Assembly: GCA_030141605.1 (NCBI GenBank)
Contig: JAQGDQ010001609.1
Span: 1 to 32,644 of the forward strand
Length of the DNA stretch: 32,644 nt
Direction of reading: 5' to 3'
From: Tubiluchus corallicola
Taxonomy: Eukaryota; Animalia; Priapulida
Shown: positions 22,561 to 32,644 of the stretch, piece by piece
Layout of the letters: every line of letters begins with the position of its first letter
Numbering within the stretch: the stretch's first letter is position 1
The notes under the pieces: generated by a model
What the model saw: the letters and a program-made list of their open reading frames with translations, nothing else
What the model was told of the DNA's origin: nothing
The model's database searches: none
Made by a program: the position numbers and the translations under genes

Positions 22561-25074
22561 AGTAGCGAAAGAATATCTCCTAGTTTAGTCAGTTAGCACA
22601 TAAATTTCTTTCTAATATTGGAGGAAACGCTTCATGGGGGGAGGGGGGAGTAGGTGTCTCCCTCCCTCTCTCCCTGTCTCTAATCGATTAGGGCCTGGCT
22701 CATTAAGATATTTTTTCTTACCGTTTACTAAAGCCCATTCTGCTTCGTCAACTTTCCTGGCAAGAAAATTGACATAGTATTGACCATCACTGGTCACCAT
22801 TGTCAGCAAAACTGTCAGAACCTGAAAAATTAATAATTTTGTAGGAAGCGAAAATTAACTAAAATGAATAAATTGCAATTGAAATAGATTATGATGTGAT
22901 AATAAATTTTACCACCCTCTATAGTGAAAAATAAAATATGATTTTTTTTCAAATTCAAGACATGGATATGTTTTTTACTGGTACACAAAATGAGCCGTGC
23001 ATGAACATCACCTTGTTCAAAGAACAAAACCAACACAATGCATAAACTCACAACAAATTACATACCTGCAAATCAGTGTGACTTCTGCTGTTGCCTTTGT
23101 GAGACCAGTGACTAGACAATCATCGAGCGAGTGACGTGGTTTTAATGATGCAATTTTTTCGATAAGACTTGGGTAGTGAAGAGTTAGCTAGAGTTGTTTG
23201 CCGTTTTGTTGTTCTTTATCATGTCCTGCTTTTATTTTTATTTGCATAATTTGCAAATATAATTCTTGTTTTTGTTTCATGTTAAGAGAAACAACTCTTT
23301 CCTTCGTTGACACGGTGTTTTCTACAACAGGGGTTTTGGTTCCATCAGCGCATAAACTTGCTAAGTGCAAAAGTGGTATTCCTTCGATTTTCTTTCCTTC
23401 ATAATCTTCCAAGACATTTATTTTATTCAATAGGCAATGTTCCACAAATCTGTGTTGATGTGTAACGCAAAGTGCTGTGGACAGGATGAATTGCATCCGT
23501 GTGATTCCGTAAATCATCATCAGAAATTTGATTTACTTCAAAGAAAGGCTGTTTTTATTAGATAGGAATCATGTTCACATTGTCAAAAATATTGTCAAAG
23601 TTTTCCTCATTAAACTTTAATGGTTTTCTGTAAAGTTCTTCTTTTAGCGAAAGAATATCTTCTATTTTAGTCAGTTAGCACATAAATTTCTTTCTAATAT
23701 TGGAGGAAACGCTTCATGGGGGGAGGGGGGAGTAGGTGTCTCCCTCCCTCTCTCCCTGTCTCTAATCGATTAGGGCCTGGCTCATTAAGATATTTTTTCT
23801 TACCGTTTACTAAAGCCCTTTCTGCTTCGTCAACTTTCCTGGCAAGAAAATTGACATAGTATTGACCATCACTGGTCACCATTGTCAGCAAAACTATCAG
23901 AACCTGAAAAATTAATAATTTTGTAGGAAGCGAAAATTAACTAAAATGAATAAATTGCAATTGAAATAAATTATGATGTGGTAATAAATTTTACAACCCC
24001 TCTATAGTGAAAAATAAAATATGATTTTTTTTCAAATTCAAGACATAGATATGTTTTTTACTGGTACACAAAATGAGCCGTGCATGAACATCACCTTGTT
24101 CAAAGAACAAAACCAACACAATGCATAAACTCACAACAAATTACATACCTGCAAATCAGTGTGACTTCTGCTGTTGCCTTTGTGAGACCAGTGACTAGAC
24201 AATCATCGAGCGAGTGACGTGGTTTTAATGATGCAATTTTTTCGATAAGACTTGGGTAGTGAAGAGTTAGCTAGAGTTGTTTGCCGTTTTGTTGTTCTTT
24301 ATCATGTCCTGCTTTTATTTTTATTTGCATAATTTGCAAATATAATTCTTGTTTTTGTTTCATGTTAAGAGAAACAACTCTTTCATTCGTTGTCACGGTG
24401 TTTTCTACAACAGGGGTTTTGGTTCCATCAGCGCATAAACTTGCTAAGTGCAAAAGTGGTATTCCTTCGATTTTCTTTCCTTCATAATCTTCCAAGACAT
24501 TTATTTTATTCAATAGGCAATGTTCCACAAATCTGTGTTGATGTGTAACGCAAAGTGCTGTGGACAGGATGAATTGCATCCGTGTGATTCCGTAAATCAT
24601 CATCAGAAATTTGATTTACTTCAAAGAAAGGCTGATTTTATTAGATAGGAATCATGTTCACATTGTCAAAAATATTGTCAAAGTTTTCCTCATTAAACTT
24701 TAATGGTTTTCTGTAAAGTTCTTCTTTTAGCGAAAGAATATCTTCTATTTTAGTCAGTTAGCACATAAATTTCTTTCTAATATTGGAGGAAACGCTTCAT
24801 GGGGGGAGGGGGGAGTAGGTGTCTCCCTCCCTCTCTCCCTGTCTCTAATCGATTAGGGTCTGGCTCATTAAGATGTTTTTTCTTACCGTTTACTAAAGCC
24901 CATTCTGCTTCGTCAACCTTCGTAGCAAGAAAATTGACATAGTATTGACCATCACTGGTCACCATTGTCAGCAAAACTGTCAGAACCTGAAAAATTAATA
25001 ATTTTGTAGGAAGCGAAAATTAACTAAAATGAATAAATTGCAATTGAAATAAATTAATTATGATGTGATGATAA

Positions 25075-25800
25075 ATTTTACCACCCTCTATAGTGAAAAA
25101 TAAAATATGATGATTTTTTTTCAAATTCAAGACATAGATATGTTTTTTACTGGTACACAAAATGAGCCGTGCATGAACATCACCTTGTTCAAAGAACAAA
25201 ACCAACACAATGCATAAACTCACAACAAATTACATACCTGCAAATCAGTGTGACTTCTGCTGTTGCCTTTGAGAGACCAGTTCAGATATGTGTGGCTTCA
25301 CCTTGGCAAGTGCCACTCTCATGTCATTTTCACTGCAAAGTCTGTTCCTTTTATTCGTTTTTATGTCCAGCATCCTCGAAAAGGGTTGCTCACAAAGATA
25401 TGTTGTAACAAATGGTATAAAAAAATCCAGGGCTTTCTTAGCAATAACTGGATACTTGTTCATTTGTCGACACCAAAACGTTGAGAGCGTTGTTGTTCTG
25501 AATTTCAATGATTTCATCGAGGAATTCGTCATTGACATCTGCCGTCTCAACAGGAAACGTGTACGGCTGTCTCACCCATGCTGGATATAACTCTCTTGTA
25601 GGGAAATATCCGTCGAGAGACTTTGCAAGCTCATCTAAGTGCGTGGCGATTGTTTGCTTCAGTTCCGTGGATACAGAAATATCTTTGATTCCAGACACAT
25701 CTTCGATCTTACTTACACAGTCGTCCGGAAGCGGGAAGTTTGCGAAGTTATTGTTCTCTGTTCGTCGTTTCCATGACGGTAGCTTTTCTTCTTCTTCTGG
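25075..25800 (-). mobile_element. hAT (Charlie/Buster; ZBED5/ZBED8/FAM200-like) transposase C-terminal fragment plus 3' non-coding end
   Basis: LPSWKRRTENNNFANFP...HLDELAKSLDGYFP...WVRQP, then a frameshift, then FWCRQMNKYPVIAKKAL..IPFVTTYLCEQPFS..IKTNKRNRL..DMRVALAKVKPHISELVSQRQQQKSH* (hAT C-terminal dimerisation domain). Confidence 0.93.
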
Positions 25801-26671
25801 TACATTCTCAGTTGAGATGTTAGGTGTGGACCAACTGTATTATTATAGCGTGTTAGGTCTCGCACTGAGAAAAAGTTAGGCCTGTTGAAGTGGGTAGAAT
25901 ACTCTTCAGTTTCCAGTTTTACATTGGCATTTGGCATAAACTGAGCGTTTGTGTTTTCGTGACCTCTAGTTTTCTTATAATAATGCACAATTAAACTACA
26001 TTACAGCAATCATTAATAATTATAAAGATCACTTAAGATATGCACAATACTAAACAATACACAATAGCTATACTCACAGAGAAAAATAAATGATATTCAT
26101 TACAAGATATTAAATAAGTTCACACTATCGTACTTACGTCGCTCAAACTAAGGAGACTGTATATCACTTGTCATTATAGAATCATTATCACCAAAGTTAT
26201 TATCATCAAAGTTATTATAATAGCAAAACGTTTTTGTAACAACAGACTCAGTGCCACTCAAAATCTTGTTCTTGCACTTTTAAAAACCAAATAGACATAC
26301 TTCTGTTTCCGTCTAAATGTCCGGCTTTATTTTTCACAGGCTCCACACGTTTAATGATTGTTAGTAGCTCCTATTTATTTTTCTCTTCGTTTTTCGTTGT
26401 CAGTAGCCTGCACAACAAATGTGTCTGGCTTCTGTCATTGCTTCAACTGGTTCATCTTTGCTTGCTCTGTATAAAAAGCACTGCTGAAACATCGTACACT
26501 GCCTCTGCTCCTGCTGTTTGCCTTTCAAAATCGAATTAATAATTTTGAATTCTTCTCGATTTTTAATAGATTTGAAGTTAAGCATGCGAGTGTGTTTGTC
26601 GTTTGTTACTAGCTTTCGGTTTAATTGTTATATGCGATTCTCCCTTTCGAATCCATCTCATTGTTTTAGAA

Positions 26672-26800
26672 CAGGGGTGTGCAAATTATCTGACTAGCCA
26701 GGCCACATTACACTTCCCCGCAATTCCTGTGGGCCACATGCAGTTTGGTCAAGGAGCCAAGTACAGTACGACCTAATAATGATTTTTTTTTGCATCCGAT
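26672..26800. mobile_element. Truncated end of a Charlie-type hAT MITE
   Basis: CAGGGGTGTGCAAA terminus with GGCCACA subterminal motifs, preceded by TTTTAGAA (fits the NNNTANNN target). The partner end was not found. Confidence 0.5.
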
Positions 26801-26856
26801 TTGCGTACATCATTACTACTACACTCAAGAAACTATTTTAGAAGTATACCATTAGT

Positions 26857-27160
26857 TCCGAGTATCAGATTCGCCATCTTTAACGCAGCTGGTTTCACGG
26901 GTGTTTCACCAATGGTGTGTGGCTTGCCCTGCTTTGCGATCAGGTAAGCAACTTCGTACTATGCTGTGAGGATCGGTTTGTTAACAGGTACAAATCCAAG
27001 AGCAGGCAGAGTGGCCGTTTCATCGAATCTGGCTCTCTTCACCTTGAATTCAGCAAGTGTTGTGTTCTTGTATTCCCCGTCTCCATGCAGCTTCAAGAAG
27101 CATTCCTTTAGTTTTACCAGTGCAAGACTAGAGTTGCTCAACTTGGCGTTGCAAATCATG
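26857..27160 (-). mobile_element. N-terminal fragment of a Charlie/Buster-type hAT transposase (BED-finger region), pseudogenised
   Basis: MICNAKLSNSSLALVKLKECFLKLHG...ILTA*YEVAYLIAKQGKPHTIGETPVKPAALKMANLILG. The ASY.VA..IAK..KPHTIGE.L+KP motif is typical of this family. Confidence 0.9.
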
Positions 27161-27455
27161 TAGATCTCGTTGTTCTCTTTGTCTTGTATAGGATCGTTCT
27201 CAGATATCATATTTATCATGTTGTTCTCTTTGTCTTGTATAGGATCATTCTCAGATATCATATTGATCACGTTGTTCTCTTTGTTTTGTATAGGATCGTT
27301 CTCAGATATCATATTTATCATGTTGTTCTCTTTGTTTTGTATAGGATCGTTCTCAGATATCATATTGATCACGTTGTTCTCTTTGTCTTGTATAGGATCG
27401 TTCTCAGATATCATATTGATCACGCTGTTGTCTTTGTCTTGTATAGGATCATTCC
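27160..27455. repeat. 51-bp minisatellite, about 6 copies
   Basis: Unit approximately GTTGTTCTCTTTGTCTTGTATAGGATCGTTCTCAGATATCATATTKATCAY. Open on the - strand as (NDPIQDKENNVINMISE)n. Confidence 0.95.
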
Positions 27456-28119
27456 CTTCACAAGCTATAATGTCACACATCACACGTCACAACAGGATTT
27501 TGAGCCCCCAACTTCAGTGACCTTGTTTAGAATTGCACATCTCAAAGTCGTCTTGCACTGCAGCAGAGACAATCGGCTGTAAGTCAGCAAAACGTTTTTG
27601 TAACGACAGACTCAGTGCCATTCGAAATCTTGTTCTTGCACTTTTAAAAACCAAATAGACATTTGAAGCCTCGATTAATAAATTTTGCTCTTTTTTGTCT
27701 TTTATTCCCCAAAACATGTCATTCCATCTGAACAATAAAAAATTTATACCGATAACCAAAAGTCAATAATTATACATAATTTAGTGGTTATTATACTACA
27801 GCTTTCCAGAATTTTTTACTAATTTGTAATTTAACTAAATAACTAATTTTAAAAGTAATAAACGAATATACATACATTATTTCCACCAAATCATGAGCTT
27901 TCAAAACACACAACACGACAATATTTTAACGCCTTGTAAATTACCTTGTCTTAACAAAAGTCCACTCAACCAAATCAGGCCTGATCATGTGACCAGGCCT
28001 AAAAATTGCCACAAGGCAGCAAGGCGGTCAAAGCAGACAACAAGAGAGGGCTGCTAAGTATGCTAATGCTAAATTTCTAGTACAGTGATATTTTTGTGGT
28101 GTCAACTACCTTAATATCC

Positions 28120-28480
28120 TCACCAGTACCATTCATTAATGGAATGAGCCTATGTATTACAGAACTTTCTGTCTATAACAATGGTAAATGCTTCATGTAA
28201 CAAACATAGCATCTTGCAGTATGTCCCTTTTGGTCGACCGTAGTTGCAGCATCTTTTTCCCACATATTTCTGAGGCCTCATTCACGTTATTGGTAGTTTC
28301 CAACAGATATTATTTTTTAATAAGAATTCCACCTAGTTTCATTCGCTGATGGAGCATTTTTTCATGTTTGGTGATACTTTTGTATGTAGACAACGCAGTT
28401 TGAGCTCTGGGATATCTTTGGCAATTAAGTTTAAGTTTAGCAATACCCAATGTATCCTTGTCTATAATTCACTTTTGCAA
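28120..28480 (-). mobile_element. Highly decayed hAT (Ac/ZBED1-4-like) transposase fragment
   Basis: ANETRWNSY at about 28320-28346 on the - strand (hAT TRWNS motif). The surrounding frame is broken by stops and the boundaries are approximate. Confidence 0.45.
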
Positions 28481-28484
28481 GTCT

Positions 28485-28920
28485 GCTTAAATGAACAGCC
28501 AAGTCATACATTTACTGTTTATGTCAGAAAATTATCCTTGAGAATCTTTTGATAAAATTGATGTTATTGTGTAAAATCCTCGAGAATTTTTGTGTAGCTC
28601 TGTTGCTTTGAAGCAGGCTTATTAAGCCTTCAGTTGATAAACAAACCTAGTCACACATTTACTGCTCCTATCAGAATTACACGTAAGAATACTTTGGAGC
28701 AGGCTTATCAAGCCTTCAGTTGATAAACAAACCTTGTCATATATTTACTGCTCCTATCAGAATCAGATGTAAGAATATTTTGGAGCAGGCTTATTAAGCT
28801 TTCACTCGATAGACAAACCTAGTCCTACATTTACTGCCCGGATCAGAATTAGATGTAAGAATATTTTGAGAAAATTGATGTTATCGTGTAAAATCCTCGA
28901 GAATTTTTGTGCAGCTTTGT
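28485..28920. repeat. 86-bp tandem repeat (3 copies plus a degenerate one) bracketed by a ~45-bp direct repeat
   Basis: GCAGGCTTAT at 28613, 28699 and 28785. AAAATTGATGTTAT.GTGTAAAATCCTCGAGAATTTTTGTG at about 28554 and 28871. Confidence 0.85.
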
Positions 28921-29084
28921 TATTTTTGCTGCTGTGAATATTATTTTTGTTACTGTTTCCAAGAGAGGGCGTTACCATCGTCATTTAATTCCAAAATGTG
29001 TGATTTTGAATAGGAAGTACATTTTTTAATGGATAAGAACATTAAATTGCTTTTTTTCAGTTCTTTTTTTATAATGCTCCTTCG

Positions 29085-29210
29085 TAATGCTGTTCTATTT
29101 ATTGCTACTGCTATTTGTTGCTGCTGCTATTTGTTGCTGTTGTTCTTGATGCCGATGTTCTTCTTCTTTTTCTTCTTCTTGTTCTTCTTTTTGTTGTTGT
29201 TGTTGTTGCA
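29085..29210. repeat. Degenerate trinucleotide tract (GCT/CTT/GTT)
   Basis: Low-complexity sequence seen directly. Confidence 0.8.
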
Positions 29211-29719
29211 TATGTGAACACAGGGCAGATTATACCTCCTTATTGGTCCTAGGCCAAACTCCCTAGTCGGGCCCCCAAATTTTACAGAATTATGAATTTA
29301 ATGCACCAACCAGAAAAACTACAAAAATATGACTATACACCTGTAGTGGCTATGTTTATCAACATCAGTATTTCTAAAGTGCTAAGTTAGCTACATGAAA
29401 TGTCAATATCATCATTTCAAATATTATTACGAATATATATATACATATGAAACAACATCACTATACGAAATGTCAACATCACTATGAATTGTCAACACCA
29501 TTATTTCCACGGCCATTATAAATACATCAAAACTGGGACTATCATACACGCTTGACCAGATCAGCTAAGTGTGTAGTGCTTGAAGCGAGTTCTCTTGGTG
29601 AGCACATGAATCACAGGTCGGTCATAGGTGACTCACCATTTCGCCCTACGGAAGTTTTTTCAGTTTGTTGGGACACATTAGTTTTATCCTTAAATCTGTA
29701 TTGCGCAATAACGTCGGTG

Positions 29720-30480
29720 ATATAATTCTTGTTTTTGTTTCATATTATGAGAAACAACTCCTTCCTTTGTTGACACGGTGTTTTCTACAACAGGGGTTTT
29801 GGTTCATCAGCGCATAAACTTGCTAAGTGCAAAAGTGGTATTCCTTCGATTTTCTTTCTTTCATAATCTTCCAAGACATTTATTTTATTCAATAGGCAAT
29901 GTTCCATAAATCTGTGTTGATGTGTAACGCAAAGGGCTGTGGACAGGATGAATTGCATCCGTGTGATTCCATAAATCGTCATCAGAAATTTGATTTACTT
30001 CATTAAGAAAAGCTGTTTTTATTAGATATAGGAATCAATCAACATGTTTGGTTGGAAGTGCACAAAATAAAACAACTTTCCATTATGGACATTGTCAAAA
30101 ATATTGTCAAGGTCTTCCTCATTAAACTTCTATGGTTTTCCATAAAGTTCTTCTTTCAGCAACACTTTTGTAAGTTTCATCACTGTTTTTCTTTATTCTG
30201 GCAAGCATTCTATAACTCTTCCTGGTAAGATGACAGTGTCCATAAACTGTTGACAGGAATGTTTGACAAATTCTTACAAGCAGCAGGTAAATGAAAAGGA
30301 CAAGGCAGATTGGATTCACCCTGCAGTGTCTGAGGGTGATGGCAAGAAAGAAACGAAGACTAGAGTCACTTTCACGAATGCCAGTGCCTGGTGAGAAATC
30401 CTTCATCGGGACCACATCACATGTCTTGACATCAAACTGAGACAGGATACAAGAGGGAAGGTACTTAACGTGTAGACGTA
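29720..30480 (-). pseudogene. cGAS-like receptor / Mab-21 domain pseudogene, copy B (central and C-terminal part)
   Basis: Across frameshifts: LHVKYLPSCILSQFDVKTCDVVPMK...SLWTLSSYQE..VIECLPE*RKTVMKLTKVLLKEE...IDSY/LIKTAFLNEVNQISDDDLWN...RFMEHCLLNK. These match, in order, the Mab-21 motifs +VPK, WRLSF..E, K..+KLLK.L, SY.LKT...E......W and L..CL. Confidence 0.72.
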
Positions 30481-31214
30481 CCTCTGTTTAACACAGGAAA
30501 AACCACTCTCTACTACTACGTGGCATAGAATCGGCAGGTAAAAAGAATTCCAGGTCACACTGCTCACGTGAACATCTGGCTTCAGTGATTTAACTTTAAG
30601 GTAAACGTCTTCCTCTACGACGGAATACTCGTGTACCCACCCAAGTGACCTATCTACCAGGGGCAGTAATTTATGAGATCAAAATTCGATTTTGTAGAAC
30701 GTCAAATTAAATTAAAAATGCAAAAGAAAAGTGCATTTTAACTCTTCATCATCAGCCTAGCTAATGATTGTAAACAAAAAATGTGGTAGGCTAGTGATTC
30801 CCTACATTACCATACTGGACTATCACAGAGCCCCAGTTCTCTAAAAGTTGAGTAGCTACGAAATGCACATTTAGACTAATAACTTCCATGCAATAGAAAT
30901 CAATGAATAGCAACAATGAATACAGTAATACTCAAACGTAATATGAGAACACTTTCATGACAAACAACCGATTTAAACAACCGTTTCCAGTAAATATAAC
31001 ACAAACTCTTTTGGTACTTCTACACCTATTACAAAACTAATTTTGGTACATCCAATATACAATCTTGCTTTATCAAAAGAAGATTTTATTTAACTATCAC
31101 TTAGCAGCTTAACTCGACTCCAGTAACTTAAATTTTTTTTTAATATCTTCAAATTATGCTCAATTAGACATCCATCACTCCTTTTCAACATCATGACCTA
31201 CATTTTTAGTGCTT

Positions 31215-31945
31215 TCCATGACACTTTCTGGTTCTGGTTCTGGAAGTAGCACCTTTGTAAATCATTGTCAATTTGATTTTCTTCGTTAAGAAAAGCCGTT
31301 TGCATATCCACTAACTTGGTTGGATGTTCACAAAATAAAACAACTTTCCATTATGGACATTGTCAAGAATATTTTCAAGGTCTTCTTCATTAAACTTTAA
31401 TGGTTTTCCATAAAGTTCCACTTTCAGCAACACTTTTTTAAGTTTCGTCACTGTTTTTCTTTAGTCTGGCAAGCATTCTATAACTCTTCCTGGCGGTGAT
31501 GACAGTGTCCATAAACTGTTGACAGGAATGTTTGACAAATACTTACAAGCAGCAGGTAAATGAAAAGGACATGGCAGATTGGATTCACCCTGCAGTGTCT
31601 GAGGGTGATGGCAAGAAAGAAAAGAAGACTAGAGTCACTTTCACGAATGCCAATGCCTGGTGACAAATCCTTGTACAGGCAAACAGGCAAAGCTTTGTAA
31701 ATCTTTCCATAGTAAACCATGTGAAACGTGAGACAAACTTTGTTGTACTCTATGTTTACCAATTTAAAGTTTTTCTCTGCCATAGCAATTTTTCCTTAAG
31801 TGTATTTGGCAGAAGTGTGCCATCATCGTCTTTAATGAGTACAAGATCAGAAATATGAGTTTTCTCAATGGAAACTGCATTACTGAACTTTGTTAAGACA
31901 ACTAGGAAGTCATACTCATTTGGCAGACCAATTTTTGTGCCAGAT
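31215..31945 (-). pseudogene. cGAS-like receptor / Mab-21 domain pseudogene, copy A (includes the NTase active-site strand)
   Basis: 31942-31861 reads GTKIGLPNEYDFLVVLTKFS, the (GS..E)GTK+..P.E(F/Y)D motif of cGAS/cGLR nucleotidyltransferases. 31250-31670 is near-identical to copy B. Truncated upstream of GTK, with frameshifts, stops and an internal deletion. Confidence 0.78.
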
Positions 31946-32369
31946 AAAGATCATTAGAGCAGTAGTGTCGAATATGTCACATTTATTGAGGTCATTATCT
32001 GATGACAAAATCTTTCATTAACCATTAAATGCATTAATGTATAAGTTAGATCACAACTTGTAATGTAAAGTCAAGAAGTGATGTAGAAATTGTTCTATAA
32101 GAGTTAACATGCTTTAACTAGTCCCTGTAGGCCATTTTACTTGAGCTAAAAGAGATCTTACCAGCCTGCACTATTGACATCATTATTATGTCATGGGGCA
32201 GGCTTGGTATCTGACTCATTTATATGTTTCTTCTGAATTTTAGCTATTATTATTAGAAACAGTGTGAGTTCCAAGCACATGGAATTTCATTGCTATGCAT
32301 CCACTGCAATTCTGAACCTAAAAAAGTTAGAGAAATAAGTAAAAAAATCAATATTTTTCAACAACTGTA

Positions 32370-32644
32370 TCTATAGCACCTTTGTAAATCATTGTCAATA
32401 ATTTGATTTACTTCGTTAAGAAAAGCTGTTTTTATTAGATAGGAATCAATCAACATGTTTGGTTGGAAGTTCACAAAATGCAACAGCTCTCCAATGTTGA
32501 CATTGTCAAGAATATTGTCAAGGTCTTCTTCATTAAACTTCTATGGTTTTCCATAAAGTTCCTCTTTCAGCAACACTTTTGTAAGTTTCATCACTGTTTT
32601 TCTTTATTCTGGCAAGCATTCTATAACTCTTTCTTCCTGGCGAG
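32370..32644 (-). pseudogene. cGAS-like receptor / Mab-21 pseudogene, copy C, continuing beyond the right edge of the window
   Basis: ERVIECLPE*RKTVMKLTKVLLKEELYGKP*KFNEEDLDNILDNV...NMLIDSYLIKTAFLNEVNQIIDNDLQRCY in a single frame with two stops. Homologous to copies A and B. Confidence 0.72.

Larger units (their letters stand above)
21481..25280. repeat. Tandem array of a chimeric ~1083-bp unit, about 3.5 copies
   Basis: GCGAAAGAATATCT starts units at 21481, 22565, 23647 and 24730. The last copy runs into the hAT transposase at GAGACCAG (about 25280). Confidence 0.97.

Noticed and set aside
29029-29217. Hydrophobic 62-aa ORF as a membrane peptide
   Set aside because: It is the translation of a low-complexity trinucleotide tract.
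29221-29280. CAGGGCAGATT...GGGCCCCC as a MITE end
   Set aside because: No matching second terminus or TSD was found.
29785-31783. Track ORFs 29785..29982, 30122..30415 and 31478..31783 as intact small proteins
   Set aside because: Each is only partly in the ancestral Mab-21-like frame; the conserved motifs switch frames and are interrupted by stops.
32160-32320. Minus-strand AG...GT-bounded segment as a coding exon
   Set aside because: All three frames contain stops and no motif is recognisable.

Overview
AT-rich eukaryotic DNA, most likely from an invertebrate animal; no prokaryotic operon or CRISPR array is present. 1-9.4 kb: the last three coding exons of a GH65 glucosidase gene (PGGHG/ATHL1-like, + strand; 1110-1238, 4062-4213, 6959-7271), which splice in frame across GT-AG introns. 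Five unrelated minisatellites (21, 76, 91, 61 and 33/60 bp units) fill about 7.5 kb of this stretch, and the 91-bp array multiplies an exon end plus its splice donor about 15 times. 11-16 kb: nested non-autonomous DNA transposons with clear TIRs and 8-bp TSDs, a LINE 3' fragment and a Helitron-like 3' terminus. 16.7-20.3 kb: a decayed, partly duplicated Helitron gene (Gln-rich exon, OTU protease, PIF1 helicase) on the - strand. 21.5-25.3 kb: about 3.5 tandem copies of a chimeric 1083-bp unit made of a Mab-21/cGAS-like C-terminal fragment, a hAT 3' end and a 100-nt exon with intact splice sites. 25.2-28.5 kb: broken hAT transposases. 29.7-32.6 kb: three degenerate copies of a cGAS-like receptor (cGLR/Mab-21 nucleotidyltransferase), seen only by translating across stops and frameshifts (GTKIGLPNEYDFLVVL; DSYLIKTAFL). 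Most ORFs in the supplied track are repeat artefacts. Protein family calls come from recognising motifs by eye, not from database searches.
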